This document shows positions 1 to 13,928 of a stretch of 64,000 bases of DNA, piece after piece (within the stretch, counting starts at the first letter, position 1; the number at the start of each line of letters is the position of its first letter). Under the pieces are notes generated by a model. The model was not told the origin of the DNA. It made no database searches and was given only the letters and a program-made list of their open reading frames with translations. The position numbers were made by a program, and so were the translations under genes. Origin of the DNA: Ranitomeya imitator (lineage: Eukaryota); the NCBI RefSeq assembly GCF_032444005.1, contig NC_091283.1:612374001-612438000 (forward strand). The letters are read 5' to 3'.

Positions 1-1130
1 TTCAGTTTACTCTGGATACTCTGGTCCATCTCGGCTACATTTTGAGAAGTTCTCCCTCATTTTTGCTCGGCACCTGGTGTTTCTAGGTATAAGACCCAAG
101 CCCGTGTCTTCCTTCCAGGAGAAGTTTTTCGTCCCTCTGCCAGGGTATCCGTACTCTAAAGCGTACAGCTTCTCTCCTATGGTCCTGCATGAGAGTTCTA
201 GGGGAAAGGGATTGTCGCCATGGAAGCCTTTTCTTTTGCCCAGTTCCATGCCCATCCTCTTCAGCTGGCTCTCTGATCGTCTTCGCGGATTATCCCGTGC
301 TTTTACCTCAGGGTGAGGCAGTCCCTCACCTGGTGACGCTGTCGGCATCAGTCCTATGAAGGAAGTCCTTCCTTCCTCTCTGGTGGCAGGTCATCATCAC
401 CGTCGGCAGTCTCCTTGTTTGGGGAGCCGTTTTTTCTTCGTCACACAGCACAGGGCCACTGAAACGCCAAAGAGGCCTCTCTCCCCATCAGTCTCCTGGA
501 GATCAGGGCAATTTGTTCTTCACCACTGGCATTCTCTTTCTGAGACAGCCGGTCTGCATACAGTCAGACAATGCCACGGCCGAGGCCTACATAAACTGTC
601 AAGGCGGAACACGCAGCAAACAAGTTATGATAAAGGTAACAAGGATTCTGCGATGGGCAGAATGTCTCATTTCCGCCATATCAGCTGTGCACATTCCAAG
701 GGTAGAAAGTCGGGCAGACGATTTTCTGAGCCATCAGGGTCTCGCTTTGGGCAGGTGGTTGCTCTGCCCCGCCGTCTTCATCCAGATATGCTGAAATGGG
801 GCTCTCTGGACGTCGTCCTCATGGCGTCTCGGATAAACCACGAGGTTCCTTGGTTTGTAGCCAGGACCCGGAATCCGCTAGCCACCTGTTGAGATGCTCT
901 AGTAATATCGTGGTCACAATTCCAACTGCCTTGTCTTTTTCTGTCTCTCTCCTTGTCCGGGCGTCGTGAAAAGAATAAAGGAAGAAGAGATCCATCATGA
1001 GAGCTCCGGGCTGGCCAAGAAGGGCCCGGTGAACATGTTCATGGACGCCCCTTGGAAGCTTCCAGGCCGTCCAGATCCTCTCTCTTAAGGTTCCCTCTTC
1101 CACCAGAGTTTATAGTCTCTGAGTTTAACA
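1..1130 (+). pseudogene. Degenerate DIRS1-type pol fragment (RT end, RNase H, methyltransferase-like region)
   Basis: ORF 513-794 reads SDNATAEAYINCQGGTRS...HIPRVESRADDFLS, matching RNase H motifs of the intact DIRS pol at 35.9-36.1 kb (SDNRVAVAYINRQGGTRS...HIKGKENVAADFLS). It has frameshifts and stops, and no termini in the window. Confidence 0.85.
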
Positions 1131-1134
1131 GCAT

Positions 1135-1617
1135 TGAACTTATCTGCACCAAAATGGTATAATTAAAAACGTCAGCTCGACGTGCAAAAAAATAAGCCCT
1201 CACCAGACCCCAGATCACGAAAAATAGAGACGCTACCGTTATCGGAAAATTGCGCCATTTTATTTATTTATTTATTTTTTAGCATACTTTGGAATTTTTT
1301 TGCCATTTAGATAACAGAGAACCTAGACATGTTTGGTGTCTATGAACTCGTAATGACCTGGAGAATCTAGTGAACCTAGCAAAAAAGCCAAACAAAAAAC
1401 AAGTGTGGGATTGCACTTTTTTGCAATTTCATCGCGCTTGGAATTTTTTTCCCGTTTTCTGTTACACGACATGGTAAAACCAATAGTACTGTTCAAAACT
1501 ACAAATCGTCCCGCAAAAAAAAAGCCCTCACATGGCCATAATGATGGAAAAATAAAGTTATGGCTCTGGAAAGAAGGGGAGCGAAATACGAAAAAGCAAA
1601 AAAGCTGGGTGAAGGGG
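1135..1617. mobile_element. Terminal fragment of a piggyBac-like non-autonomous element
   Basis: Ends in GAAGGGG followed by TTAA (1618-1621). It is similar in reverse orientation to 10965-11500. Confidence 0.6.
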
Positions 1618-1621
1618 TTAA

Positions 1622-1672
1622 GTGGGAGAACTTGCACAATTGGTGGCTGACTAAATACTTTTTTCCCCACTG
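1622..1672. mobile_element. Tc1 TIR fragment
   Basis: CTGACTAAATACTTTTTTCCCCACTG followed by TA; same terminus type as the Tc1 at 43410-45015. Confidence 0.75.
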
Positions 1673-1689
1673 TATGTGACAGAAGATAC

Positions 1690-3290
1690 CTAAAAGTGAC
1701 ACTATTTTAAAAACTGCACCCCTCAAAACCACATTGAAGCACTTTATTAACTCTTTAGGTGCTTTACAGGAATTAAAGCAATGTCGAAGAAATAAATGAA
1801 CATTTTAATTTTTCCCACAAAATTGGTACTTTTGCCTGCAATTTTTCATTTACACAAGAAAATGGACTAAGTATTGTGTTATTCAATTTCTACTTAATAC
1901 GCCGATACTCTAGATGTGGTGGAAAACTGCTGTTTTGGTGCACAGCAGGGCTCGGAATGGAAGGAGCACCAGAATAGACAGTGAATGCCATGTCGCATTT
2001 GTAGGGGCCTTGATGTGTCTAAACAGTGGAATTCCCCACTGTTTTGGAAACTACACCCCTTAAGAATTTTATCTAGTTGTGTGATGAGAACCTTGAACCT
2101 ACAGATGTTTCACAGAATTTTATAACGTTGAGCCGTGAAAATAAAAAAAATACACTTTTCTCACAAAAATGTTGCTTTTGCCACAAATTTTTCATTTTCA
2201 CAATGGTAACAGGAGAAAATAGCCAGTTCAATTTTTTGTGTGCAATTTTCCCTGAGTTCATCGATACCCCATATATGGTGGAAAACTACTGTTTGGGTGG
2301 TCATCAGGACTTAGAAAGAAAGAAGCTTTGTTTGAATTTTGGAGCGCCATTTGGCTGGAATAGATTGAAGACGTCATGTCACATTTGATGAGCCCCTGAC
2401 ATGCCAAAACAGGAGAAACCAACACAAGTGACCCCATTTTGTAAAATACATCTTTCGAGGAATTCATCTATGGGTGTAGTGAGCATTTTTAACACTTGGG
2501 CAATTCACAGAATTGTATAACATTGAGCTGGGTAAATTGAAAATTACCATTTTTTCCATTAAAATGTTGCTTTAGCTCCTAAAAATACGCCATAGAGAGT
2601 CCAAAGTGCCTCCATCTGCCTCATTATAGGGAATTTTCATATCACATATTTCAGAGATTTACACAGAAACCCTGGTGTAAGAGCTCAGCACAGAGCGCAG
2701 GATAAACTACAGTTTTTGGGAGGCAGAATAAACAAGTCAATAGCAGGTTGAGAATTGGTTTTATTTTTTTTTCTTCCCTCACCTTGTGGTATAAGTGATT
2801 AGACGACTTTATTCTTTGGGCCAGTGTGATTACAACAGTACCAGATTTATAGTTTTATTTCTGTTTAGTTGCTGTCACAAACTAAAAAAAACATTTGTTT
2901 GCATTGCCATATTTTGAGAGCTGTAAGTTTTCTATGTTTCTGCCAAAAGACCCATGTGGGGGCCTGTTTTTTGCGGGAGTTTGGAGTTTTTATTGGTGCC
3001 ATTGTCTGTCACAGCATTTTTTCATCGCTTCCTATTCCGATTTTTGGGAGGCAGAGTGAACAAAAACCATCAATTCAGGAGCTGTTTTTTTTTTTTTTTT
3101 TTAAATGCCATTCTCGGTATGGTAAAAGTTATAAGACAACTTTATTCTCCCTGGTAAACGATACCACGTTTCTACGTTTTTTTTTTTTTTGTTTTGCCGC
3201 TTTTAGACAAAATTTTTTTAGAAAAAAATTATTTTTTGTATCGCTATTTTCTGAGAGAGAAAACTTTTTTATTTTCTGCTGACAACTGTA
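1690..3290. mobile_element. Internal fragments of piggyBac-like non-autonomous repeat family
   Basis: Contains GTGACCCCATTTT/GGAAACTACACCCC modules shared with 16.7-17.2 kb, 26.9-27.1 kb and 48.2-50.1 kb. Boundaries are approximate. Confidence 0.55.
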
Positions 3291-3679
3291 TGGGTCTTGA
3301 GCTGAGCAGAAACATGCAGGAACATGGTCTGATCATCCCACAGCTCTTGGGCAGGGGAGGGGGAAAAAAAGAGTATACAGATATTACAGCACAGAATCAC
3401 AGCTGATTACTCTGCCTGTTTTTAAGCAATGTTTTACCTCCAAGAAAGAATAAGCTGTGATCTCCTGCTGTAATTTCTGTATACTCTTTTGCCTCCTTCC
3501 CTGCCCAGGAGCTGTGGTACGATCAGACCATGACTCTGTACGGTCAGACACAACCATTACACAGTACACAGCAGGGACACATTTATAAGATTATCTCAGC
3601 ACAGGTACAATTTTGTAAAACACATAAAATTGTGGAACTTATTATTGAAATATCTATTTAAAATGTTTATTAAAATTAA

Positions 3680-3993
3680 AGGGAATGTTGTCAGCAGATT
3701 CAGGGAAACTGAATCCAGTGATGTATAACTTAGATTACTGGGTGCAGCTGTTGAGACATCATTAGACATTGATTTAGATTCAAGTAGAGCTGAGAAGGAG
3801 GACCACACTCACACCAGGGCCTCCATGTACAAAGTCCAGAGACAGTGAGGTGCTTAGTTGCTGGACTAGACCAGCAATGTTAGTAAACAACAGCAGGTAC
3901 TTTGACAAGTGTCACATCGCTGAATTCTGTGTTTCAGCCTCCATGTCCTGCTATCCTCAGATTACATAGCAAAAGCCTTCTGACAGATTCCCA
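3680..3993. mobile_element. Kolobok/T2-type MITE
   Basis: TTAA|AGGGAATG...GATTCCCA|TTAA; same family as 6185-6588. Confidence 0.65.
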
Positions 3994-4274
3994 TTAACTT
4001 TGTTAGTGGAAAACTCCTGTAAGTTCTATTACTCCGATCACTGGTATAATGCATTGCAATGCATTATATCTATCAGTGTTACACTGACAGAACACCTTTT
4101 AGGCCATGCTCCTGGCGTGGTCTAATAGGTCGTCGTAACTGGCAGACTCAAAGGCCATCATTTGACGTCGGGTTGCAATGATCACCATTGGCAGCCCATG
4201 ATTGCGTTGTGGGGGGGTCTTCTAAATGCTGTGATCACTATTGATCGTGGCATTTAGATGGTTAAATCACTTAA

Positions 4275-5798
4275 AGGGAACCTGTCAGCAGGATTTTGCA
4301 CCGTAACCTACAGACAGTGTCAGGTCGGTGCCGTTATACTGTTTAAAATGATACCTTGGTTGATGAAATCTGTCTTGTGGTTGTTGTATAATCTTTATTT
4401 TCAGTTTTGAGTTAATGATATGCTTATGCTCCGGGGCGGCCTGTGGGGGGTCTTCATGTGGTGCTCTGATTAGATATTCATAATGCAGACTGCTGACCGG
4501 TCACTGATCCCTCACTGACCTGCCCCCTAGTTTATATTATGAATATAATCGCATGTGTAATGTGCATATAATTATTATGGTTGGGGTTATCCTGATGTTT
4601 AAAAAAAAAAAAAAAAAATCCATTTGAAAATGGCAGTAGCAGCTATTGGTATATAGAGGTGATCCAATAGCTACTACTGCGCAGGCGCCCTAGAGTAATA
4701 ACAAATGTCCTCCTCCAAGATGCTGCCGCCTGCGCAGTAGCAGCTATAGGTGTATATAGAGATGATCTGATAGCTGCTATTGCGCAGGTGGATCCAACTT
4801 GGGGGAGGATTTTTTTTTCTTCTCTAGCAAGATGGCAGCACCTGCGCAATAGCAGCTATCAGATCACCTCTTTATACACCAATAGCTTCTACTGTGCAGG
4901 TGGGGCGGGCGCCATTCTCAAATGGATTTTTATTTTTAACTAGATGGCAGCCCGATTCTAAAGAATCGGGAGTCTAGAATCCATATATACTTTATTTATT
5001 CAAATGTAAGAATAATACAATTAATAAATAATAGTAAGAAAGAACAAAAATAATAGGCAGTATATGGAGAAAACACCAAACAAAAGTTCAAAATTGGTGT
5101 GAAAATGTCACTGAACCACTTCACAACTAAATATATATAGTTTTGGTAAATGGTATTATCATTTTTTTGACGAAATTCGGCAGGAGCTTGAAGAGCAATG
5201 TCACTGGGCCCGCCTCCACGCAGTAGAAACTTGCTGTGAGGTAAAAATTCAAAAATCACACCAAAATGGCGGGCGGAGTGTGTCACAGTACGGCACGTTT
5301 CTGACACTGGACACTGTTGACGTCACTTATCTCCGGACATTAGCTCCAGACATTAGCTCCGGACAAAGCCACGGAAGTTGGCACAAATTGCAGGAAGTAG
5401 TATTCTAGGCAATTATATATTAGATATCCGGATAACCCCAACCATATTACTCATATACATGTTATTATGCTGCAGCAGAGGTGCCATGGCTGGCGCATGC
5501 CGGCAGAAGTTTTTTTTTTCACCCTCTATGTAAATATTATGTTCATTATGTAAACTAGGGGGCAGGTCATTGAGGGATCTGCGACCTGTCAGCAGGCTGC
5601 ATTATGAATATCTAATCAGAGCACCACATGAAAACCCCTACAGGCCGCCCTGGGGCACGAGCATATCATTAACAATAAGGAATAAACAACAACCACAAGA
5701 TGGATTTCATCACCCCAGGTATCATTGTAATCAGTATAAAGGTGCCAACCTGACACTGTCTGTAGGTTGCTGTGCACAATCCTGCTGTCAGGTTCCTT
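4275..5798. mobile_element. Kolobok/T2-type non-autonomous element with long TIRs, containing a Helitron
   Basis: TTAA TSD (4271-4274, 5799-5802) and AGGGAACCTGTCAGCAGG terminus. TIRs are about 250 bp, with an internal palindromic block at 4620-4935. Confidence 0.8.
4940..5424 (-). mobile_element. Non-autonomous Helitron
   Basis: On the minus strand: A|TCTAATATATAA...hairpin CCCGATTC-TTTA-GAATCGGG...CTAG|T. No TSD; A-T target. Confidence 0.8.
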
Positions 5799-5859
5799 TT
5801 AAGCCGAGCTCCCAGCTGGGATTGTACTGGCATAACTACTGTGCCTGCACCATATCCAG

Positions 5860-6110
5860 GAATAATAATAATCTTTATATATATATCGCCAACATATTCC
5901 GCAGCACTTTACAGTTTAACAGTTTCAAACGCAACAGTCATAAGTAACAACGTTAACAATACAATAATTAAAGCAAGATAAGACGACCCTGCTCGTGAGA
6001 GCTTACAATCTACAATGAGGTGGGGGAGATACAAAGCACAGGTGTACAATGATCGGCCAGCCATCTTGAGGGAGTGGGGGATAGATAGATAGAGATGGTG
6101 AATGGGAAGT
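5860..6110 (-). mobile_element. L2/CR1-clade LINE 3' end
   Basis: Reverse complement of the 3' end of the L2 fragment at 40.1-40.28 kb, with an (AAT)n tail. Confidence 0.7.
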
Positions 6111-6184
6111 ACTGGTACGTCCATTTAGGGGGATGCACTGCAAAATAGGATGTACCGTTACATCCAATGTCAGGAAGGGGTTAA

Positions 6185-6588
6185 AGGGATTATGTCAGCA
6201 GGTTTTTGCTATGAGAGTAGCATGGTGTAGGCTGGAAACTATGATTCCAGAGATGTCCCTCCTTGGGTTGCATGCTGTCATTTTGATACAGTCACTGTTT
6301 GCTGCAAATCTCAGTGCACAGAATGCTGAGCTTTGCATAATTCTTCCCACAGCACTGATTGGCAGCTTTCTGTGTACACTATGCATAGGCAGAAAGCTGC
6401 TAATCAGTGGGGGTGTGGTTACATGGTACAAGACTCCTCCTCCTGTAGTGATACTCTCCTGCTAACAGGTTTTATTGAAAGTGCAACAACACAATCCCAA
6501 AGAGTGACACATTGCTGAAAGCAGGGTCCCTGCTCCTACATCATGCTGCTGTCAGATTACATAGCATAAACCTACTGACAGATTCCCT
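6185..6588. mobile_element. Kolobok/T2-type MITE
   Basis: TTAA|AGGGATTATGTCAGCAGG...CTGACAGATTCCCT|TTAA. Confidence 0.75.
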
Positions 6589-9160
6589 TTAAGCACAGGT
6601 GAGCCAACACTAGTATATCACGTGTAATGGCCTTCTTGATTATGGTCCCACCGCAGTCCATTGTTGTTTTTTTTAGTAAAGCTTGTGATGTGAAAAAAAA
6701 ACATTAGCAACATTTTAAAAAAAAACAATACATATAATAAAAAAAACCCTGATTTAAATAATAGGCCCATTTTCTAATGAGAGCTTTTTGTTAAGAAATG
6801 AGAACCTCTTGGTCTTGTGAGCACACCTTTTCTGACTTTGGTTTTGGTTGAGCAGATCCGCCTCCCCAGGGTATCTCTTACCCTGCGTCCTTCCTGCATC
6901 ACAGCCACAGGATGCTTTTTTGTCAAATACTAGTAGTAGTTAGTTTAGGTTTTGTCAAGGTCTCACTTGGATTCTCCCGGATGGCCGCAGACCCCATAAT
7001 TATAGCGTACTTGTTCTGGTTGCTCTGGTTCCTCTCCGTTGTTCGCTGGTGGTTCCTTCCTGTCTGATGCTTTTGATCTGCTCCCTGTGAAGACATCGCT
7101 CAAGCCTTAAACGTCATTTCAAAAGCTCTCAGATCATCCTATGTGTCTCTAAATGTTTGCATTCTGGATCCTGCCCGTCATCCCCGGCTTGCTCTTTGAA
7201 GTGCTCTTGGTCCCATTGATCTTCAGACATCAAACTAAGCAGACCTGTGGCACTAATCAGCTTCCATCCTGGGATGGAAGGAATGCTGCACATGCCACCA
7301 GCTTTCCCTGCTCGAGGACACTTGATTGTTATGTTCTTCTGTTTATGTCTGAAGAAACAAACATAGATTTGGTGACAGATGTACAGAATACCTCCTCTCT
7401 GTTCTCCTTGTCTCCGCCACTCTTTTTTTTCCCCTCCACTATTTATACTTTTTTTTTTTTCTTCTTCACTGTATGACTTTATTCTTTGTGTATCTGTGGC
7501 TCAGTGTCGCCGAGCTCTGTTGTCTTTGTGTTCCTATTGCTGGGTGTATGTGCGGCCTGTTCCTCCCTGCAATGAATTCTCTGTGACCCTCGGGGCCTTT
7601 TTCCTCACGAGACTTTGAAGTGTTTGCCCAGAGATTGACTGACAAGGAAGTTTTAGTGGCGGCACCAGGGGGAATGGACAAAAAAAAGGGACGCGCTTTG
7701 AACTAAAGATCTTTCAGTTTGGAGATGCTGGCTTTAGTTATCTCCTTCACTATGTTAATTATTCACCACGATAATTGGGGGGGAAGAGTAAAGAGAGAGA
7801 GGAGGTTATTAAAAAATTCCAGCACTAACACGCTACACAAACCTCATTTTCCAGCTTCCCGCGTGCATAAAAGAAATGTTGTGTTTAAAGGGGGCTAGTG
7901 TGTTTCAAGGGGGAGCGAGGGGCCCTTTCTAAGCTGTCCTTTCTCTAAATAGTGAAATCCCTACAGATGAAACATCAAAGCTTTGGCGAGTGTTCTCTCT
8001 CTGAGTTTTGACCATGTCTGGTACTCTGTAATTAAAGTTTACGGAAAGCTGTCTTTGTTTTCTGATGGCATGCAACCTTACACAATACAGATAGAAAAGG
8101 AAATGTTAAAAAGTCCTGCTTCATATGCTGCACCCATCTGACCTACACGGGCAGCACTCCTTACGGTTTATTCACACACAGCAGATTTTCTGACTGTTCT
8201 ATTCATTTAAATAGAACTTGCCGAAATGTATGTACCTGCCACTAAAACAACCCATTCACTTGAATTTCTACAGCCCTGAGGAGTCTGCAGCGCTATGTCA
8301 CCTCCCGTCATACACATCAGCACACGTTCTGAACTGTATGTGCTTGATTCCCAGGGACCAGATGATGCAAGGACATAGGCTTGGCTCAGTCCTTGTGACG
8401 CACCTGGTAGTAATAGACATCAAAAGTATGGACGCCTTCTGGTATGCAGGTGCACTGGTGATCCAGTTTGATCTTTTTGATGTTACTGTCCAGTTGGATT
8501 AATTGGAGTTGAACAATGTGATATCATCTTTTAAAAAGAGAGGAAACTTCTAGCAAATATGTCCCCTACCAGAATCCCTCCATATCACTTGGAGAGATAA
8601 GAAAATAACCACATTTGCACTAATCGCAGGTTACCCTTTGGTGAAAAAAAGGCCAGATATGCACCCATCCTTGTATGCCAGTATTGTGGCTAGTGGATAC
8701 CACCCAAGTTCACAAATCCTATAAAAAATGGGGTAGTGATAACTTGACATGATGTTACTATTTAATGGACTCATTAGCAGATTTTGCTTAATATCTCATC
8801 TTTCTTGTCAGGCTTCTGAAACAAGTCAGATTATTTTTTTTTTTCATTTAATAGTTAATGTATGTCACTTTAATATGGCAGCACTTGATCAGTAGAAGTA
8901 TAACTTCTGGGATCCATTGATCTTGAAAACTAAGGTGCAGCTCTGCTGGTTTAGAGGACGCAGCACTAAGCAAATATTGCAGCCCATTCACTATCTACAT
9001 CTGTAGAGGTTAAACTTTCACCAATCATAGTAATATGCCATTACTTTAAATTATGGGAATACGCCTTTTACCTCTTAACAAACTAGGCCTGCTCTGTACA
9101 CAGTGGGTCCTGGCTTGTGAAACAGCCAGCGCCTGCCTATAACATCAGTGACCTGAGCAA

Positions 9161-10612
9161 GAGTGGGGAAAATAAGTACCGTATTTGATCCACTGCCAAC
9201 TTTGCAAGTTTTCCCACCTACAAAGAATGGAGTGGTCTGTAATTTTTATTGTAGGTACACTTCAACTGCAAGGGGCAGAATCTAAAAATAAAAAACAGAA
9301 AATCACATTCTATGATTTTTAAATAATTTGCATTTTATTGCATGGAATACATATTTTACCACCTACCATCGAGCAAGGATTTTCGGTCTCACAGACCTGT
9401 TAGTTTTTCCCGTGTACTCTTCACTCATAAATAATGAAAAAATAAGACACATGTTCACCCACACAATCGATCACACTCCAACCTCTCCACCATGGCCAAG
9501 ACCAAAAGAGCTGTATAAGGACACCCGGGACAAAACTGTAGACCTGCACAAGGCTGTGATGGGCTACAGGACAATAGTCAAGCAGCTTGTTGATGACTGC
9601 CAATCTTCCTCTGTCTGGGACTCCATGCAAGATCTCACCTTGTGAGGTAGGGATGATTCGGAGAAAGGTCAGGAATCAGCCCAGAACTACACGGGAGGAC
9701 CTGGTCAATGACCTGAAGAGAGCTGGGACCACAGTCTCAAACATTACCATTAGTAGCACACTATACCGTCGGGGATTAAAATCCTGCAGGTCACGCAAGC
9801 ACATGTCCAGGCCTGTTCGCCAATGACCATCTGGATGATCCAGAAGAGGCATGGGAGTAGGCCATGTGGTTAAATGAGACCAAAATAGAACTTTTTGGTA
9901 TCAACTCCACTGTTTGGTGGAAGAAGGATGAGCACAACCACAAGAACACAATACCAACCGTGAAGCATGGTGGGGGAAACATTATTCTATGGATGTGCTT
10001 TTCTGCAAAGGGGACAAAGACGACTGCACCGTATTGAAGGGAGGATGAATAGGGTCATATATCGTGAGATTTTAGCCAGCAACCTCCTTCACTCAGTAAG
10101 AGCATTGAAGATGGGTCGTGGCTGGGTCTTCCAGCATGACAATAACCTAAAATACACAGCCAGGGCAACTAAGGAGAGGCTCTGTAAAAAGCATTTCAAG
10201 ATCCTGGAGTGGCTTAGCCAGTCTCCAGCCCTGATCCCAATAGAAAATCTTTGGAGGGAGCTGAAACTCAATGTTGCCCATCGACAGCCCTGAAACCTGA
10301 AAGATTTGGAGAATATCTATGAGGAGTGGACCAAAATCCCTGCTGCAGTCTGTGCACATTTGGTCAAGAATCACAGGAAATGTCTGACCTCTGAAATAGC
10401 AAAGTTTTCTGTACCAAATAATAAGTTCTGTTTCTCTATTGTATCAAATACTTATTTCATGCAAATAATGAAAAAAATCACACAATGTGATTTTCTGTTT
10501 TAATTTTTAGATTCTGCCTGTACCTACGATAAAAATGACAGACCTCTACATTCTTTTTAGGTGGGAAAACTTGCCAAAGCTGCAGTGTATCAAATTCTTA
10601 TTTTCCCCACTG
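9161..10612 (+). mobile_element. Degenerate Tc1 transposon
   Basis: Termini AGTGGGGAAAATAAG...CTTATTTTCCCCACTG|TA. Fragmented transposase ([18 protein letters not shown]; [17 protein letters not shown]; [15 protein letters not shown]) is homologous to 43777-44799 but carries indels. Confidence 0.9.
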
Positions 10613-10964
10613 TAGCTCCAAACACTGCTAATTAGGCATTGAGATGCCAATGTCAATCACTGACTGTGGCATTAAAATATTTTGAAATGGTATGGGCGCG
10701 GGGTGCCAACTGAATACCAAGTCAGCCGGTCGCTTAATGAAGGCCATGTTCCAGCCGTCTTGGTGCGTCTTTGGCTGGGCTTCATAGGATATCGCTATTT
10801 TTATTATGTACTGCAATACTAATGCTTTGCAGTATGTAGTATAGATACTGCAAAGCATACCTACTAAAAGATGACAGGTTCAAATCCCCCTAGGGGGAGT
10901 AAATAAATGTCTAAAGTATTCAAATATTGAAAGAAAAATTACAATACAAAACATAAAAGTTTAA

Positions 10965-12187
10965 CCCCATCACGACCTTGCCCTTTTCGTTTTTGTGTTC
11001 TCATTTTTCGCTCCCCAGAGCCATAACTTTTTTTATTTCTCCATCAATATGGCAATGTGAGGGCTTATTTTTTGCGGGACAAGTTGTACTTTTGAAAGAC
11101 ATCATTAGTTTTAGCATGTCATGTACAAGAAAACGGGAAAAAAGTTCCAAGTGCGGTGAAATTGCAAAAAAAAGTGCAATCCCACACTTGTTTTTTGTTT
11201 GGCTTTTTTGCTAGGTTCACTAAATGCTAAAACTGACCTGCCATTATGATACTCCAGGTCATTATGAGTTCATAGACACCAAACATGTCTAGGTTCGTTT
11301 TATCTAAGTGGTAAAAAAAATGGCAAACTTTGCTAAAAAAAAATTGCGCCAATTTCCAATACCCATAGCGTCTTATTTTTTGCGTGTTGAGCTGGCGTTT
11401 TTAATGATACCATTTTGGTGCAAATACATTCTTTTGATCGCCCATTCTTACATTTTAATGCAATGTCGCGGCGACCAAAAAAACGTAATTCTGGCGTTTT
11501 AAATTTCTTTCTCGCTAGGCTGTTTAGCGATCAGGTTAATCCTTTTTTTTATTAATAGATCGGGTGATTCTGAAAGCGGCGATACCAAATATGTGTAGGT
11601 TTGATTTTTTTATTTTTTATTTTGAATGGGGCGAAAGGGGGGTGATTTAAACTCTTATATTTTTTTTTCACATTTTTTTAAACTTTTTTTTTTTTACTTT
11701 TGCCATGCTTCAATAGCCTCCATGGGAGGCTAGAAGCTGGCATAGCCTGATCGGCTCTGCTACATAGCAGCGATCATCAGATCGCTCCTATGTAGCTTAA
11801 TTACAGGGATGTTATGAGCGCCGACCACAGGGTGGCGCTCACAGCAAGCTGGCATCAGCAACCAAAGAGGTCTCAAGGAGACCTCTGGTTGCTATGCCGA
11901 CGCATCGCTGACCCCCGATCATGTGACGGGGTCGGCGATGCGATCATTTCCGGCCACGCGGTCGGAAGCGCCGGTTAAATGCCGCTGTCAGCATTTGACA
12001 GCGGCATTTAACTAGTTAATAGCAGCGGGTGAATCGTGATTTCACCCGCCGCTATTGCGGGCAGCACATGTCAGCTGTTCAAAACAGCTGACATGTCCCA
12101 GCTTTGAGGTGGGCTCAGCGCCGGAGCCCATATCAAAGCAGGGGATCCGACCTCCGCTGTAATAGTACGGCGGAGGTTGGTAAGGGG
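10965..12187. mobile_element. piggyBac-like non-autonomous element
   Basis: TTAA|CCCCATCACGACC left end; right end GGTTGGTAAGGGG lacks an intact TTAA. The subterminal region contains hairpins. Confidence 0.6.
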
Positions 12188-12196
12188 AGGAAGGTA

Positions 12197-12535
12197 AGGG
12201 AACCTGTCATTCCCCCCCCCCTCAGGCGTTTGTAAGTAAAAGAGCCACCTTGTGCAGTACTAATGCTGCATTCTGACAAGGTGGCTCTTTTAGCTGTAAG
12301 TTCGAAGCCTGCGCTGTAAGTTCGAAGGGCAGCGCAACTGCGCATGCCTGACAAAAAACTTACAGCGCAGGCGCCGGGGACGCTAATGAAGGAAGAGGAG
12401 GCGGCGTCCGGCACGCACAGGCCATGAATGAGGCAGTGAGGCGTCTTTGTCAGAATGCAGCATTAGTGGCTCTTTTAGTTACAAACGCCTGGGGGGGGAG
12501 GGGGGGAGGGGGGGGGTTGGGGTGACAGGTTCCCT
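12197..12535. mobile_element. Kolobok/T2 MITE (short, partly degenerate)
   Basis: AGGGAACCTGTCA...TGACAGGTTCCCT|TTAA. Confidence 0.7.
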
Positions 12536-12672
12536 TTAAATCACTCTCCTTGTCCCACTCCAAAGAAAAAGAAACATAAGCATATTTGGTATCACAGTAT
12601 CCGCAAAAGTCTAATCTAATGAAAATATAAAACGATTTCACTCGCACAGTTAACAAGGATGGAATAGTTTAA

Positions 12673-13308
12673 AGGGAACCTGTCACCCCGAAAATCGCAG
12701 GTGAGGTAATCCCACCGGCATCAGGGGCTTATCTGCAGCATTCTGTAATGCTGTAGATAAGCCCCCGATGTTATCTGAAAAAGGAGAAAAAGACGTTATA
12801 TTATACTCACCCAGGGGCGGTCCCGCTGCTGGTCAGGTCGGATGGGCGTCTCCGGTCCGCTCCGGCGCCTCCCATCTTCATTCCATGACGTCCTCTTCTG
12901 ATCTTCAGCCACGGCTCCGGCGCAGGCGTACTTTGCTCTGCCCTCTTGAGGGCAGAGGATAGTACTGCAGTGCGCAGGCGCCGGAAAGGTCAGAGGCCCG
13001 GCGCCTGCGCACTGCAGTACTTTGTCTGCCCTCAACAGGGCAGAGCAAAATACGCCTGCGCCGGAGCCGTGGCTGAAGATCAGAAGAGGACGTCATGGAA
13101 TGAAGATGGGAGGCGCCGGAGCGGACCGGAGACGCCCATCCGACCTGACCAGCAGCGGGACCGCCCCTGGGTGAGTATAATCTAACGTCTTTTTCTCCTT
13201 TTTCAGGTAACATCGGGGGCTTATCTACAGCATTACAGAATGCTGCAGATAAGCCCCTGATGCGGGTGGGATTACCTCACCCGCGATTTTCGGGGTGACA
13301 GGTTCCCT
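12673..13308. mobile_element. Fold-back Kolobok/T2 MITE (636 bp near-perfect palindrome)
   Basis: TTAA TSDs at 12669-12672 and 13309-13312. The arms pair almost throughout, with the centre near 12990; mirrored ORFs appear in the track. Confidence 0.9.
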
Positions 13309-13555
13309 TTAAATACCACATTTGCCATTTTCAGTTGCTGCACTCCCCCCCCCCCCCCCTCCACCCCCCCCAAAAAAAAAAAAACTATAAAATCTACAGC
13401 TCAGTGTGCAAAAAACAAGCCTTCATACAGCTCCAATAAAAAAACAAGTTCTCATATGGCTACATTGACAGAAATAGAAATTGAAAAAGTTATGGCTTCT
13501 TGGAAGATAAAGAGAAAAAAGCAAAAGCACAAAAAAAAAATGGCTACATCTTTAA

Positions 13556-13928
13556 GGCTATGTGAACATGTTGCGGATTTTCTGCGGATCCGCAGCGTTT
13601 TTTGCGGTGCAGAAACGCTGCAGATCCTCAATTGATTGACAGTACAATGTAAATCAATGAGAAAAAAAAAAGCTGTGTACATGTTGCGGAAAATCTGCTG
13701 CGGTTTAAAAGAAGTGGCATATCACTTCTTTTTTGAGAATCTGCAGCGTTTTTGTACCCATTCCATTATAGAAATCCGCAGGGGTAAAAAACGCAGCAAA
13801 AACGCACAAAAAACGCTGCGGATCTGCACAAAAAAAACGCAACAAATCCGCAGGTGCGTTTTCTGCCAGGAGAGGCAGAATCCGCAACAGATATTCCTAA
13901 GGCTAATCCGCAACGTGTGCACATAGCC
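13556..13928. mobile_element. PIF/Harbinger-like MITE
   Basis: TAA|GGCTATGTGAACATGTTGCGGATT...AATCCGCAACGTGTGCACATAGCC|TCA. Confidence 0.75.
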
